This document shows positions 48,717 through 58,719 of a stretch of 64,000 nucleotides of DNA, piece after piece. Each line of letters opens with the position of its first letter. Within the stretch, counting starts at the first letter, position 1. The position numbers and the translations under genes were made by a program. Below the pieces are notes generated by a model. That model was not told where the DNA came from. It made no database searches and saw only the letters and a list, made by a program, of their open reading frames with translations. The stretch is from a virus. Where the stretch lies: IMG/VR virus record IMGVR_UViG_3300032291_002550, positions 436 to 64,435 of that record, one strand, 5' to 3'.

Positions 48717-49259
48717 ATGGAATTAACAACTAAACACTTAGCAGCTTATTTGCCTTATGGGTTGAAAGTGTCAAATAGTATAAATTTTGCGGACTTTGGA
48801 ATATGTCAAAATACTACTGAATTACTTCAAGGATATAGTTTTGGCAACGTTATAACAGATAAAGACGAGTTTGGAATAGAATACTGCATATTACATTTGA
48901 GACCACTATCAGACCTGACAAAAGAGATAACTATTAATGGTGAAACTTTTGTGCCGATGCTAGAACTATTGAAAATTGCGATTAATGATTTTGATGATAA
49001 TGAAGGTGAAATAAATGCTGGAATGATTACCGAATGGGAGTTACATGATTTAAACATCACAGCATATTTAAATGAAGAATTAGTATGTAAATTATTATAC
49101 AATAAATCAAAAATTAAATTTACTTTTATATCTCCACAAGATTTATGGTGGTCATGCTCTTATAGTTTAATGGAAAAACTATTAGAATGGCACTTCGATA
49201 TTTTTGGACTTCTTGAAAATAATTTAGCAATTAATATTAACGAAATAAACAACTTATAA
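48717..49259 (+). CDS. Hypothetical protein
   Basis: 180-aa ORF. Confidence 0.45.
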   Translation: MELTTKHLAAYLPYGLKVSNSINFADFGICQNTTELLQGYSFGNVITDKDEFGIEYCILHLRPLSDLTKEITINGETFVPMLELLKIAINDFDDNEGEINAGMITEWELHDLNITAYLNEELVCKLLYNKSKIKFTFISPQDLWWSCSYSLMEKLLEWHFDIFGLLENNLAININEINNL

Positions 49260-49261
49260 CA

Positions 49262-50080
49262 ATGAACTACAAAATACGCATAACAGCAGAGAACCAAGCT
49301 ATTATCAAGAGAATAGCAGATGAAAATGAAATGAACCCAAATGAGTTTAAGTTTAATAGCCCTAATCCTATTTATCATATTGAAAATGGTGAGTTTACAT
49401 TTTATCCTCAAGACCCCAAAGAAACAAACGATTACACCGAACTAACCACCGAACAATTCGTTCAAATGTTCGACAAAAAAGAAACCGAACTAGACAAATG
49501 GCTAAAGGAAACTAAGGATAAGAATTTGAGCGAAATGGAGATTTATAAATTATTGTTTAGCCAAAAAGAATGTCCTGACAATATTTACATAGATTTAAAA
49601 AATAAATTTAGTGTCAATAGTCAAAAAGAGTTATCGGAATTTTTATTCAACCAATGGAACAATCCAACCGAAGAAAGTCCGAAAGTTGAAACAGAATGGC
49701 AGCCAAAAAGAGGGGATAGAGTGTTGGTGTTTGATGATTGGGACGAGCCTAAAGAAAGAATTTATTTAACATATTCAAAAGGTGAACGTTATCCATATAG
49801 AGTTGTAAGTGTAGGTACCGAGGACAAATTCAATAAAAATGAATTATTTGAAAGTTGCGCTTATCAACACATGAAACCACTACCAATAGAACAGCCCAAA
49901 GAACCCAACTTTAAAAGTAAGTTTGAAGCAACTATTGAGTTGATTGAAAATGAAATTAAAGCATTAGAAAACAAAAGAGATTATGCTGCAAAAGATAAGC
50001 TATATCAAATAGCTAGTGGATTAGTTTCAGAAATTGCACAAGCAACTAAACTGTTAAATAAAATTAAAGAACTAAAATGA
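49262..50080 (+). CDS. Hypothetical protein
   Basis: 272-aa ORF. Confidence 0.45.
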   Translation: MNYKIRITAENQAIIKRIADENEMNPNEFKFNSPNPIYHIENGEFTFYPQDPKETNDYTELTTEQFVQMFDKKETELDKWLKETKDKNLSEMEIYKLLFSQKECPDNIYIDLKNKFSVNSQKELSEFLFNQWNNPTEESPKVETEWQPKRGDRVLVFDDWDEPKERIYLTYSKGERYPYRVVSVGTEDKFNKNELFESCAYQHMKPLPIEQPKEPNFKSKFEATIELIENEIKALENKRDYAAKDKLYQIASGLVSEIAQATKLLNKIKELK

Positions 50081-50194
50081 AACCTGCACATAGAAGATAT
50101 AATCGAATATTTACAAAAATAAATCCAGAAGAATGTAAATTTCATATACATACTTTAGTTTATTATGGAATTAAGATTTGGAAGCAAACATTAA

Positions 50195-50659
50195 ATGTTA
50201 AATTTAAAAAGAAACGATATGATAGAATCTCCAACTAAAATATTAAAAATTGGGGTAACTGGAGATATTATTTATGAAAATGCTAGAAAGATTAAAGAAA
50301 CATTGTTTCAATTAAAACAAAATCTTAAAGGGCAAGAATTTATTGTATATTCTTTAGGAGGTAAGCACGGAGCAGATAAATATATTAAAAAATATTGCTT
50401 AGAGCTTAATATTCCATATAAAGAATATACGCCTTTATTTATCCCAGCAACATTATATTCAGTTTATCCTCCAGAAATGCATAATCAAAAATGGCATCCA
50501 GCAATTGCAGATCGCCATATACGTAATTTCTTAAAAGCATGTAAAAAATTTATTGTTTTTATTAACAAAGATGAAGTATCAGAAAAGTTTAGTTTGAAGC
50601 TTATAAAATCTCAAACAACAAAACTAAAAAATCCGGCCGTATTTATTAACGAGATTTAA
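50195..50659 (+). CDS. Hypothetical protein, possibly SLOG/DUF2493-like
   Basis: GVTGD...SLGGKHGADKYIKKY resembles the GGxxGAD motif of phage SLOG proteins. Weak. Confidence 0.4.
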   Translation: MLNLKRNDMIESPTKILKIGVTGDIIYENARKIKETLFQLKQNLKGQEFIVYSLGGKHGADKYIKKYCLELNIPYKEYTPLFIPATLYSVYPPEMHNQKWHPAIADRHIRNFLKACKKFIVFINKDEVSEKFSLKLIKSQTTKLKNPAVFINEI

Positions 50660-50698
50660 AAATCAGGCCTTTTTAAGTACTGAAATATAATTATATAT

Positions 50699-51274
50699 AT
50701 GAGTAATATTATTAAACTATCAAAACTTCTAACTGAAATATTAAATGAATTCGGAGACCTTAAAGGGATTGACCCCGTTAAATGGCAACGAGTATCTGAT
50801 AGATATTTATTTCAAGTAGATAATAATAAAGTAGAGTGTATGTTTCAACCATGGACTCATCAAGAATTAATAGATGTTATTATTCCTTCTGTTGATAATG
50901 AAGTATTTCAAGATACAGTTATAAAAAAACGATCAATAATATTAAATAGTTATAATTTATCATATACAGTTAATGGTCAAACAGATCAAGCAAAGAAAAC
51001 AGATGTTCATACATTTCTTGTTATAATAAGTACTATAGTAAGTATCGTAAAAGATTTTATTGAAACTAATAATCCATTTATTCTTACTATTATTAGTGCA
51101 TCAAAGTTTGGAGGTATATCTAATGATAAACAAAAAGATTTGATATATAGAGAAATTTCAAGACAACATCTTCCGAGTAATTATTACTTAAGAGATATTC
51201 ATATAAAAGAAATGTTGAATGGTAATGAACCAGTTAAAAATTTAAAAGGATTGATCTTGTTTAAAAGAAAATAA
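50699..51274 (+). CDS. Hypothetical protein
   Basis: 191-aa ORF. Confidence 0.45.
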   Translation: MSNIIKLSKLLTEILNEFGDLKGIDPVKWQRVSDRYLFQVDNNKVECMFQPWTHQELIDVIIPSVDNEVFQDTVIKKRSIILNSYNLSYTVNGQTDQAKKTDVHTFLVIISTIVSIVKDFIETNNPFILTIISASKFGGISNDKQKDLIYREISRQHLPSNYYLRDIHIKEMLNGNEPVKNLKGLILFKRK

Positions 51275-51315
51275 TTCATTATATTCAATTATAAAATAAA
51301 AATTAAAAATAAGTT

Positions 51316-51363
51316 ATGAAGAAAAAGAAAATTCTTTTCCTGTGTGATGACCCCAGATTTTAA
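51316..51363 (+). pseudogene. Mini-ORF (15 aa) mimicking the N-terminus of the glycosyltransferase downstream of HEG3: direct-repeat copy 1
   Basis: MKKKKILFLCDDPRF*, preceded by aagttATG. It recurs as ...EKKKILFLCDDP* at 52437-52511 and resembles MAREIILGTCHVF of ORF 52542. Confidence 0.4.
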
Positions 51364-51399
51364 TTTCCGACGATCCGAGATATTTATATTAAATATCGT

Positions 51400-52425
51400 A
51401 TGGAATCATCAAATAATTTTATCAAATGTGCTATATGCGATTCATTAATGCAGTCAAGAATTAATGGGTCGCACTTAAAAACACATAACATATCTATAAC
51501 AGAATATTTGATTAAGTATCCGTTTGCAGAAACGGGGTCTTATATATCATCAACTTTTAAATGTCAGATCTGTAACACTGATATTGAAAATAAAAGTTCA
51601 GTTAAGATAAAACATTTAAAAGATCATGGTTATTCTATAGATGAATATAATATACAGTACTTAAAACGTCTTTGCCAATGTGGATGTAATGGCATAGCAA
51701 CATATTCATATGCTAGACATAAGTATAACAAGTATATTGAAGGTCATGACATCACATCATGGAATACCGGATTAACTAAAGAAACACATGACTCTTTAAA
51801 GAGGGTATCAGAAGCTAGAAAAAGAACAAAAGGTACATATACAGATGAACAAAAATTAAAAATCTCTGAGAAAACTAAATTATCATGGAAAGAACATCCA
51901 GAATCTAAATTAAAGATGGTGAAATCTTATAAAGAGACTATGATTAAAAAATATGGAGTAGATAATTTTAGTAAAACACCAGAATTTCTAGAAAAGTTTA
52001 AAAATACATCTTTAAACCGATATGGAGTAGAATATCCTAATCAAGACCCTGAAATATATGAACGTTCATGTAAAGGCAGAAAATATTATAAAGATTATAT
52101 ATTACCATCAGGTAAAAAGATACGAATTCAAGGATATGAGGGATATGCTTTAGATATACTATTAAATTCATATCATGAAGATGATATATTAACAAAAAAA
52201 TCTGATATGCCAATAGTATGGTATGAATTTGAAAATAAAAGGCGCAGATATTACCCAGATATTTACATACCATCACAAAATCTAATAATTGAAGTTAAAT
52301 CTACATACACATATAATTTAGAGACTGCTCAGATACATTCTAAAATAAACTCTTTGAAAGATATGGGATTTAATACTAATATTTGGATTATCGATAAAAA
52401 AATAATATATTCAATTATAAAATAA
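51400..52425 (+). CDS. Homing endonuclease (HEG3): zinc-finger-like N-terminus, KYGVxN repeats and a C-terminal PD-(D/E)xK nuclease
   Basis: CAICD...HLKTH and CQICN...HLKDH pairs. Repeats KKYGVDNFSKTPEF / NRYGVEYPNQDPE like HEG2. C-terminal YYPDIYIPSQNLIIEVKSTY (PD...EVK). Confidence 0.65.
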   Translation: MESSNNFIKCAICDSLMQSRINGSHLKTHNISITEYLIKYPFAETGSYISSTFKCQICNTDIENKSSVKIKHLKDHGYSIDEYNIQYLKRLCQCGCNGIATYSYARHKYNKYIEGHDITSWNTGLTKETHDSLKRVSEARKRTKGTYTDEQKLKISEKTKLSWKEHPESKLKMVKSYKETMIKKYGVDNFSKTPEFLEKFKNTSLNRYGVEYPNQDPEIYERSCKGRKYYKDYILPSGKKIRIQGYEGYALDILLNSYHEDDILTKKSDMPIVWYEFENKRRRYYPDIYIPSQNLIIEVKSTYTYNLETAQIHSKINSLKDMGFNTNIWIIDKKIIYSIIK

Positions 52426-52436
52426 AATAAGTTACA

Positions 52437-52511
52437 ATGTTAAACAATTTAAACAGTAATGGTCGTCACTCGGAGAAGAAGAAGATTCTTTTCTTATGTG
52501 ACGACCCGTAA
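52437..52511 (+). pseudogene. Mini-ORF (24 aa), direct-repeat copy 2 of the glycosyltransferase N-terminus mimic; contains a long hairpin
   Basis: MLNNLNSNGRHSEKKKILFLCDDP*. DNA ggtcgtcac...gtgacgacc is a 9-bp inverted repeat enclosing gaagaagaag/cttttctt. Confidence 0.4.
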
Positions 52512-52541
52512 AAACCTAGATTTTCTAGTGGGATTGCCACG

Positions 52542-53867
52542 ATGGCAAGAGAAATTATCCTAGGCACTTGTCATGTATTTGATTATGTGATTGTCGGTGG
52601 CGCATTAAAACATCCAGAAGAAGGTCAAATAATTGACTTATCTCAATCAGTTAAGAAAGATACTGGTATTGATGCTAATGTTAAAATTTATCCTGTATCT
52701 GGTTATGGTACTCAAGAATTAGTACGTCATTTAATCTCTACAGAATCTCCGGATGTATTATTACATTTTACAGACCCTAGATATTGGACATGGTTGTATC
52801 AAATGGAAAATGAAATACGTCAAAGAATTCCAATTACTTACTTAAATATTTGGGACTGTCCACCACCCCCAATGTATAATAAACCTTATTATAAATCATG
52901 TGATTTATTAATGAATATTTCGAAGCAAACTTACGGAATTGTTCATAAGGTATTAGAAGGAGAAAATTATGAAGATTGGCAAATTACCTATGTTCCGCAC
53001 GGAATAAACGACTCACATTTCTTTCCAATATCAAAAGACTCAGACACATATAAAAGTGTCGTAGACTTAAGAAAATCATTCTTAAAGGGTAAGAAAAATA
53101 AAGATGTAATTCCTCAATTTGTATTTTTATTTAATTCTAGAAACATAAGAAGAAAACAAACAGCAGATATTATATTAGCATATAAAATGTTCTGCGATAA
53201 ACTTTCGAAATCAGAAGCAATGAAATGCGTTCTTGTTCTTCATACTCAACCAGTTGATGAAAATGGAACAAACTTATTAGAGGTTATTGAAACTTTATGT
53301 CCAGAATATAACGTTACTTTTACAGATAAATCATTTAATGTTCATGAAATGAATATACTTTATAACTCTTCAGATGTTTTAATTAATATTTCAAGTAATG
53401 AAGGATGGGGATTATCTGTAACAGAAGCTATAATGACTGGTAAAAATGTTATCGTAAATATGACTGGCGGTCTTCAAGATCAAGTTGGATTAATGAAAGA
53501 CGATGGCACATTAGTTACTAAAGAAGATTATAAAGATAAAGAATGGCATTCAAATCATGATGGAAGATATAACAAATGGGGTTCTTGGGCAATACCAATT
53601 ATTCCGAGCAATCGTTCTATTCAAGGGTCTATTCCAACTCCTTATATATTTGACGATCGTGTAAAGATTGAAGACTTAATGAATGCTATGCTGAAATGGT
53701 ATAATACTAATGAAGAAGAAAGAATTCATTCAGGAATAAAAGGTCGTCAATATCTTATTGATAACAGAATGAATGCAAAAGGAATGTGTGAGAATGTTAT
53801 AAAAGACATTACAACTTGCTTAGAAAATTTCGAGCCTAAAGAAAGATATTCAATTATTAAATTATAA
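52542..53867 (+). CDS. Glycosyltransferase (GT-B, GT4-like)
   Basis: C-terminal NISSNEGWGLSVTEAIMTGKNVIV matches the GT-B E-x7-E / EGFGL-type motif. 441 aa. Confidence 0.65.
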   Translation: MAREIILGTCHVFDYVIVGGALKHPEEGQIIDLSQSVKKDTGIDANVKIYPVSGYGTQELVRHLISTESPDVLLHFTDPRYWTWLYQMENEIRQRIPITYLNIWDCPPPPMYNKPYYKSCDLLMNISKQTYGIVHKVLEGENYEDWQITYVPHGINDSHFFPISKDSDTYKSVVDLRKSFLKGKKNKDVIPQFVFLFNSRNIRRKQTADIILAYKMFCDKLSKSEAMKCVLVLHTQPVDENGTNLLEVIETLCPEYNVTFTDKSFNVHEMNILYNSSDVLINISSNEGWGLSVTEAIMTGKNVIVNMTGGLQDQVGLMKDDGTLVTKEDYKDKEWHSNHDGRYNKWGSWAIPIIPSNRSIQGSIPTPYIFDDRVKIEDLMNAMLKWYNTNEEERIHSGIKGRQYLIDNRMNAKGMCENVIKDITTCLENFEPKERYSIIKL

Positions 53868-53880
53868 AATCAAAATAAAT

Positions 53881-54300
53881 ATGTTACATAGAATCATCAA
53901 TTGGATTGTAAGTCCATTCAAAAAGAAAGAAGAAGTAGTAGAAGTACCTACTACATTTACATTAACTAACTCAGTTCCATTATCAGAAACTACAAAGAAA
54001 CAGATTAGAGAAGATCTTATTGAAGCTGTGAAAGAGTTTAAAGAAAAACATTCTGCTGATATAGATACTTTACCGTTATCTAGAGTTTCAGCAGAAGCTA
54101 AAGAAAAGATTGCTGAAGTAATTAAAAGCGACCTTAAGGAACAAATGGAAGTTTATCCAATAACAGAAGAAGTTACTATTAATCATGAAGTAACCGTTAC
54201 AGAAACTCCAAAAACAAAAAAGAAACGTTATTATAAAAAGAAACCAAAGGTTACTAATAACGAATCTACAGTATCAAATACTAAAAAGAGTTCTAAATAA
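53881..54300 (+). CDS. Lys/Glu-rich hypothetical protein
   Basis: 139 aa with a KKKRYYKKKPK tail. Confidence 0.4.
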   Translation: MLHRIINWIVSPFKKKEEVVEVPTTFTLTNSVPLSETTKKQIREDLIEAVKEFKEKHSADIDTLPLSRVSAEAKEKIAEVIKSDLKEQMEVYPITEEVTINHEVTVTETPKTKKKRYYKKKPKVTNNESTVSNTKKSSK

Positions 54301-54302
54301 AA

Positions 54303-55625
54303 ATGAAAAAGACAGTCGTGCTTCAGGCATCGGTAGCTACGGCAAGTGGCTACGGTGCTAGATCTAGAGATATAGCAAAGGCTCTTATTGAAAATCCGGA
54401 TTATGATGTAAAAATTATCCCTACGAGATGGGGAGATACTCCGCAGAATTTCTTAAACGAGCAAGACCCCATTCATAAAGAAATTCTTAAGAGAATGGTA
54501 AAGCAAGGAGAACAGCTTCAACAACCAGATACATATATTCAAATTACAGTACCAAATGAATTTCAAAAGGTAGGTTTACGTAAGTCTATAGGTATTACTG
54601 CTGGAATGGAAACTACATTAGTAGACCCGTCATGGTTAGAAGGTAATAATCGTATGGACCAAGTACTTTGTTCTTCAAAGCATTCTGCGGATGTAATGAA
54701 ATCAAGTAAGTATGATAAGATGGACCAAAATACCCGTCAAAAAGTTGGAGAACTTACCACAGAAAAAGAAGTAGATGTATTGTTTGAAGGAATAGATTTT
54801 AATACTTATCGTAAAGTAGATTCAATTCATAAGTCTATTAATGATATTATGAATGAAATAAACAATAAGTTTTGTTTCTTAGTGGTTGGTCATTGGTTAC
54901 CTGGTCAAATGTGGGAAGATAGAAAAAATATCGGAGGTACTATTTATACATTCTTAGATACATTTAAGAATAAACAAAATGCTCCAGCATTATTACTTAA
55001 GATAAGTTGCGGAAGTTATTCTGAAATGGATCGTTTTGAAATATCTAAACGCGTTAATCAAATTAAAAAGATGTTTGATGATACAGCAACAAGATTACCA
55101 GATGTTTATTTAGTTCACGGAGATTTTACAGATGATGAAATGAATTCATTATATAATCATCCTAAAGTAAAAGCAATGATATCTATGACTAAAGGAGAAG
55201 GATTCGGAAGACCGTTAGCAGAATTTGCTATGACAGGTAAACCAATTATTGTTTCTCATTATTCTGGTCATAAAGATTTTCTTCCTCAAGAAATGGTAAT
55301 GTATATTCCAGGTGAAATGCGTAATGTACATTCTTCAGCAGTCGTTCAAAATATGATTCTTCCAGAGTCGCAATGGTTCATGCCAAACCCGATGGTAGCA
55401 GGAAGATATATGATTGATACATTTGAAGATTATAAATCTAAACTAGAGGTTTCAAGAAAGCTACCTAAATACTTAAAAGATAACTTCTCATATGAAAAGA
55501 TGAAAGAAAATCTTTATAAGTTTATTGATGCTCCAGTTAAGGAAATACAAAAGCCTCAGATGCAGCAAATTAAATTGCCATCACTTAAAAAAATCGAACT
55601 ACCTAAAATAAAAAAAGTAGAATAA
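54303..55625 (+). CDS. Glycosyltransferase (GT-B, GT4-like)
   Basis: SMTKGEGFGRPLAEFAMTGKPIIVS motif. 440 aa. Confidence 0.65.
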   Translation: MKKTVVLQASVATASGYGARSRDIAKALIENPDYDVKIIPTRWGDTPQNFLNEQDPIHKEILKRMVKQGEQLQQPDTYIQITVPNEFQKVGLRKSIGITAGMETTLVDPSWLEGNNRMDQVLCSSKHSADVMKSSKYDKMDQNTRQKVGELTTEKEVDVLFEGIDFNTYRKVDSIHKSINDIMNEINNKFCFLVVGHWLPGQMWEDRKNIGGTIYTFLDTFKNKQNAPALLLKISCGSYSEMDRFEISKRVNQIKKMFDDTATRLPDVYLVHGDFTDDEMNSLYNHPKVKAMISMTKGEGFGRPLAEFAMTGKPIIVSHYSGHKDFLPQEMVMYIPGEMRNVHSSAVVQNMILPESQWFMPNPMVAGRYMIDTFEDYKSKLEVSRKLPKYLKDNFSYEKMKENLYKFIDAPVKEIQKPQMQQIKLPSLKKIELPKIKKVE

Positions 55626-55631
55626 CGTTAT

Positions 55632-56147
55632 ATGTCATTGCAAATTAAATCATTACTTCTTCGAGAAGAATTAGAGCATCTTAATGAATTAACTCTAGGA
55701 ACTACAAAACCTTTTATTATATCAAAGGCATTAACACCAATTCCAGGAGATAAAGGATACTTTGAAGTATTTTATGCTCCGATTGAAGGGATAAATGATG
55801 ACAGTTCAATACCTGAGGTAATCGTTACATTTGCACATGTGAGAGATAATAAGTATGAGATGGGATTTACAATAAATGGCAGAGATACTCAAGCATTTAA
55901 AGCACCTATTTCATACTATCTTCGAATTATTAAAACAGTGACCTTAATAATTACAAAGTTTATACATAAAATTAACCCAGAAGCTATACGTCTTAGAGGC
56001 ATGGATAAAGAAAATGTATATAAGCCCGGTCAAAAAGATCGAATATACTTTTCATTTATGCAACAAGAAGGTCCGAAACTAGGATATCGTGTTGCGCAAG
56101 ATGGAAATGGATATCTAATAATGATAAAAAATAAAATAACTAATTAA
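55632..56147 (+). CDS. Hypothetical protein
   Basis: 171-aa ORF. Confidence 0.45.
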   Translation: MSLQIKSLLLREELEHLNELTLGTTKPFIISKALTPIPGDKGYFEVFYAPIEGINDDSSIPEVIVTFAHVRDNKYEMGFTINGRDTQAFKAPISYYLRIIKTVTLIITKFIHKINPEAIRLRGMDKENVYKPGQKDRIYFSFMQQEGPKLGYRVAQDGNGYLIMIKNKITN

Positions 56148-56148
56148 A

Positions 56149-56652
56149 ATGATTGAGCCAAACTTCACAGAAAAAGTTTTATGTCCGTGTAAGAACGGAG
56201 GTAATGCATTTAGAGATTCATTCGATAAGATTGAAGTTTCTTTATGCAGTACCTGCGGGTTAATGACCACTTCTCAATATCAAGAAGATTCGGAACACGT
56301 TGAACAAATTAAAGCATTATGCCCTCCGGAGATGATGTTTATTAGCATCTTAGACGAAAATGGATTTAGATGGTTTCCATCAGTTCTTCCATTCTCTAAA
56401 AAAGGTGTTATATATGCAGAACCTCGAGGTAAAGATGATTTTAAATGGATGGTTGCTCCTGTAGTTAAAGTTGCAGAAGCAGAAGGGCATTTATATATGA
56501 ACCCTGAAACAAATAAATCATATGAAAATAGAATTGCTACGGAAAAAGCAACTATCTTTGATAAGAATGAATTTTTAAAAGCATTAGAAATGTCAGATAT
56601 TCCAGAATCAAAAGCATTATTACAAAGAATTAATTTAATCTTTAATAAATAA
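56149..56652 (+). CDS. Hypothetical protein
   Basis: 167-aa ORF. Confidence 0.45.
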   Translation: MIEPNFTEKVLCPCKNGGNAFRDSFDKIEVSLCSTCGLMTTSQYQEDSEHVEQIKALCPPEMMFISILDENGFRWFPSVLPFSKKGVIYAEPRGKDDFKWMVAPVVKVAEAEGHLYMNPETNKSYENRIATEKATIFDKNEFLKALEMSDIPESKALLQRINLIFNK

Positions 56653-56653
56653 T

Positions 56654-56992
56654 ATGACTTCTCAAGAATTTACAATATGGCTAAAAGGTTTCTTAGATGC
56701 CATGACTCAAATTGAAAATCATCATATATCAAAGATTAAAGATACTCTAAATAAAGTATCTGATACCCCTGAATATACAATTGCCCCTGATATATCTAAT
56801 GAAAAATTAGTTCCGTATCATACTATATGTAGTTGTAGTCCAGCAAATGGTGGTAGTGGTATTTGTGGATGTGTTATGCCAAATAAGTTAGTATCTAGAG
56901 ACAGAAAATCTAATATCTATACTTCTACATCTGAAAATATACCTTTTAACTGGCAATATAAAGAAACAAATAAGACACTTCTTCATGATTAA
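56654..56992 (+). CDS. Hypothetical protein
   Basis: 112-aa ORF with a Cys/Gly-rich segment CSCSPANGGSGICGC. Confidence 0.4.
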   Translation: MTSQEFTIWLKGFLDAMTQIENHHISKIKDTLNKVSDTPEYTIAPDISNEKLVPYHTICSCSPANGGSGICGCVMPNKLVSRDRKSNIYTSTSENIPFNWQYKETNKTLLHD

Positions 56993-58073
56993 ATTAAAAG
57001 ACTTAATAAAAGAATCTAATGACGTGCATGAATATGGTTGCGTTATGCTTTACTTTAACTTTCCTGAAATAAATAAAATACATGATATGATTAATCCTGA
57101 TGATGTATACACAGAAGAAGGAGATAATAGTTATGGTTTAGAAACAGAACCTCATACAACGTTACTATATGGACTTCACCCGGAAGTAACTCTTAATAAT
57201 ATTAAAGAAGTTTTAAGTAAGTTTACATATTCTCCATGTACCGTATATAATACTTCATTATTTAATAATGAAAAATATGATGTATTAAAGTTTGATGTTA
57301 AAGGAGATAATCTTCATAAAACTAATGAAGCTTTAAAGGAATACCCTTATACTTCTAACTTTCCTAAATATCATCCACATTTAACAATTGGATATCTTAA
57401 TCCAAAAATGGGACAAGCATATGTTGATATACTTAAGAAATCTATACCTAAAGATGGATATCAATTAGTTCCGCAATATGCAGTATATTCAATGCCAGAC
57501 GGCACGAAGCATAAATTAAAAATTAATGTTAACGGTAATATTAACGAGTCTACTAGATGGATTGAATTAGCATTTATTGAAGATACTAAATTACTTAAAT
57601 CAAAAAAAAAGATAACGGAGTATTATAATAGCGCTAATCGGTTATTATTTGAACATCTAAACCCAAAGCTAGCATATCCATATACAGAAAAGACAATGTC
57701 TGATGGTCAAATGATGTGGAGTGTCGAAAAACAAGATAATGATCCTCAGTTCCTTGTAACTCTAAAAACTAAACCTAACTTAAAATATTGGATATTAGAT
57801 TTTTACTTTTTCGAAACAGGATATAGCGCTCAAAAAGGATTGACAGGTACACATTATCTAGATACATTAACAAAGATTATTAGAGATAACATAATTCCAT
57901 ATTTTAAAACACAGCAAGATAAAAATATTTTATTCTTTAATGCATATTCTGGAGATGATCATACAACAACTAGAAAAGTAGTATTTCAAAAAATACTTCA
58001 AAAGTTCATAAATACAGATGATTTTGAAATTTCTATTAAAGATAATGATTTTTTAATCTATAAACATACTTAA
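56985..58073 (+). CDS. 2H phosphoesterase-like (LigT-type) N-terminal domain protein
   Basis: Two H-x-T-x motifs: EPHTTLLYG and HPHLTIGYL. Confidence 0.5.
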   Translation: MIKLKDLIKESNDVHEYGCVMLYFNFPEINKIHDMINPDDVYTEEGDNSYGLETEPHTTLLYGLHPEVTLNNIKEVLSKFTYSPCTVYNTSLFNNEKYDVLKFDVKGDNLHKTNEALKEYPYTSNFPKYHPHLTIGYLNPKMGQAYVDILKKSIPKDGYQLVPQYAVYSMPDGTKHKLKINVNGNINESTRWIELAFIEDTKLLKSKKKITEYYNSANRLLFEHLNPKLAYPYTEKTMSDGQMMWSVEKQDNDPQFLVTLKTKPNLKYWILDFYFFETGYSAQKGLTGTHYLDTLTKIIRDNIIPYFKTQQDKNILFFNAYSGDDHTTTRKVVFQKILQKFINTDDFEISIKDNDFLIYKHT

Positions 58074-58077
58074 GCTA

Positions 58078-58719
58078 ATGCAAATTAATATAACATACGG
58101 AATTACGGTTTGTAATGAAGACGAAGAATTAGATCGTCTTCTTACACATCTTATTCCTTTAATAGATGATGAAGATGAAATTCTTATACTTAGAGATATT
58201 ACTAAAACTAACAGTAAAGTAACTAAGGTATTAGAAGCTCATACTACCCATTTTCCTAATCGTATACGAACAATCGAACGATTACTTAATAAAGATTTTG
58301 CTGCATTTAAAAATGCACTTATAGAAGAAGCAAAAGGTGATTATTTATTTCAAATCGATGCCGATGAAGTACCAAATGAATTCTTAATAGAAAATATAAA
58401 AGCAGTTATTGATATTAACAAAGAAGTAGATGTATTTTATATTCCGAGAGTTAATAAAGTAACGGGCATTACTAAGGAACATATAACTAAATGGCGTTGG
58501 CATATTGATGGTAATGAAAGAATAAATTTTCCAGATTTACAAATGCGCTTATTTAAATTAGATAAAGAAATAAAGTGGAAGAATAAAGTTCATGAAGTCT
58601 TGGATAATTACAAAATAACCACTATATTACCTTATGAAGAATATGAAGACTTTTGTCTGTATCATATTAAGGATATTAAAAAACAAGAAGAACAAAATAA
58701 ATTTTACGAGACAATATAA
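58078..58719 (+). CDS. GT-A fold (GT2-like) glycosyltransferase
   Basis: ITYGITVCNEDEELDRLL N-terminus and the DxD-like QIDADEVP. Confidence 0.5.
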   Translation: MQINITYGITVCNEDEELDRLLTHLIPLIDDEDEILILRDITKTNSKVTKVLEAHTTHFPNRIRTIERLLNKDFAAFKNALIEEAKGDYLFQIDADEVPNEFLIENIKAVIDINKEVDVFYIPRVNKVTGITKEHITKWRWHIDGNERINFPDLQMRLFKLDKEIKWKNKVHEVLDNYKITTILPYEEYEDFCLYHIKDIKKQEEQNKFYETI

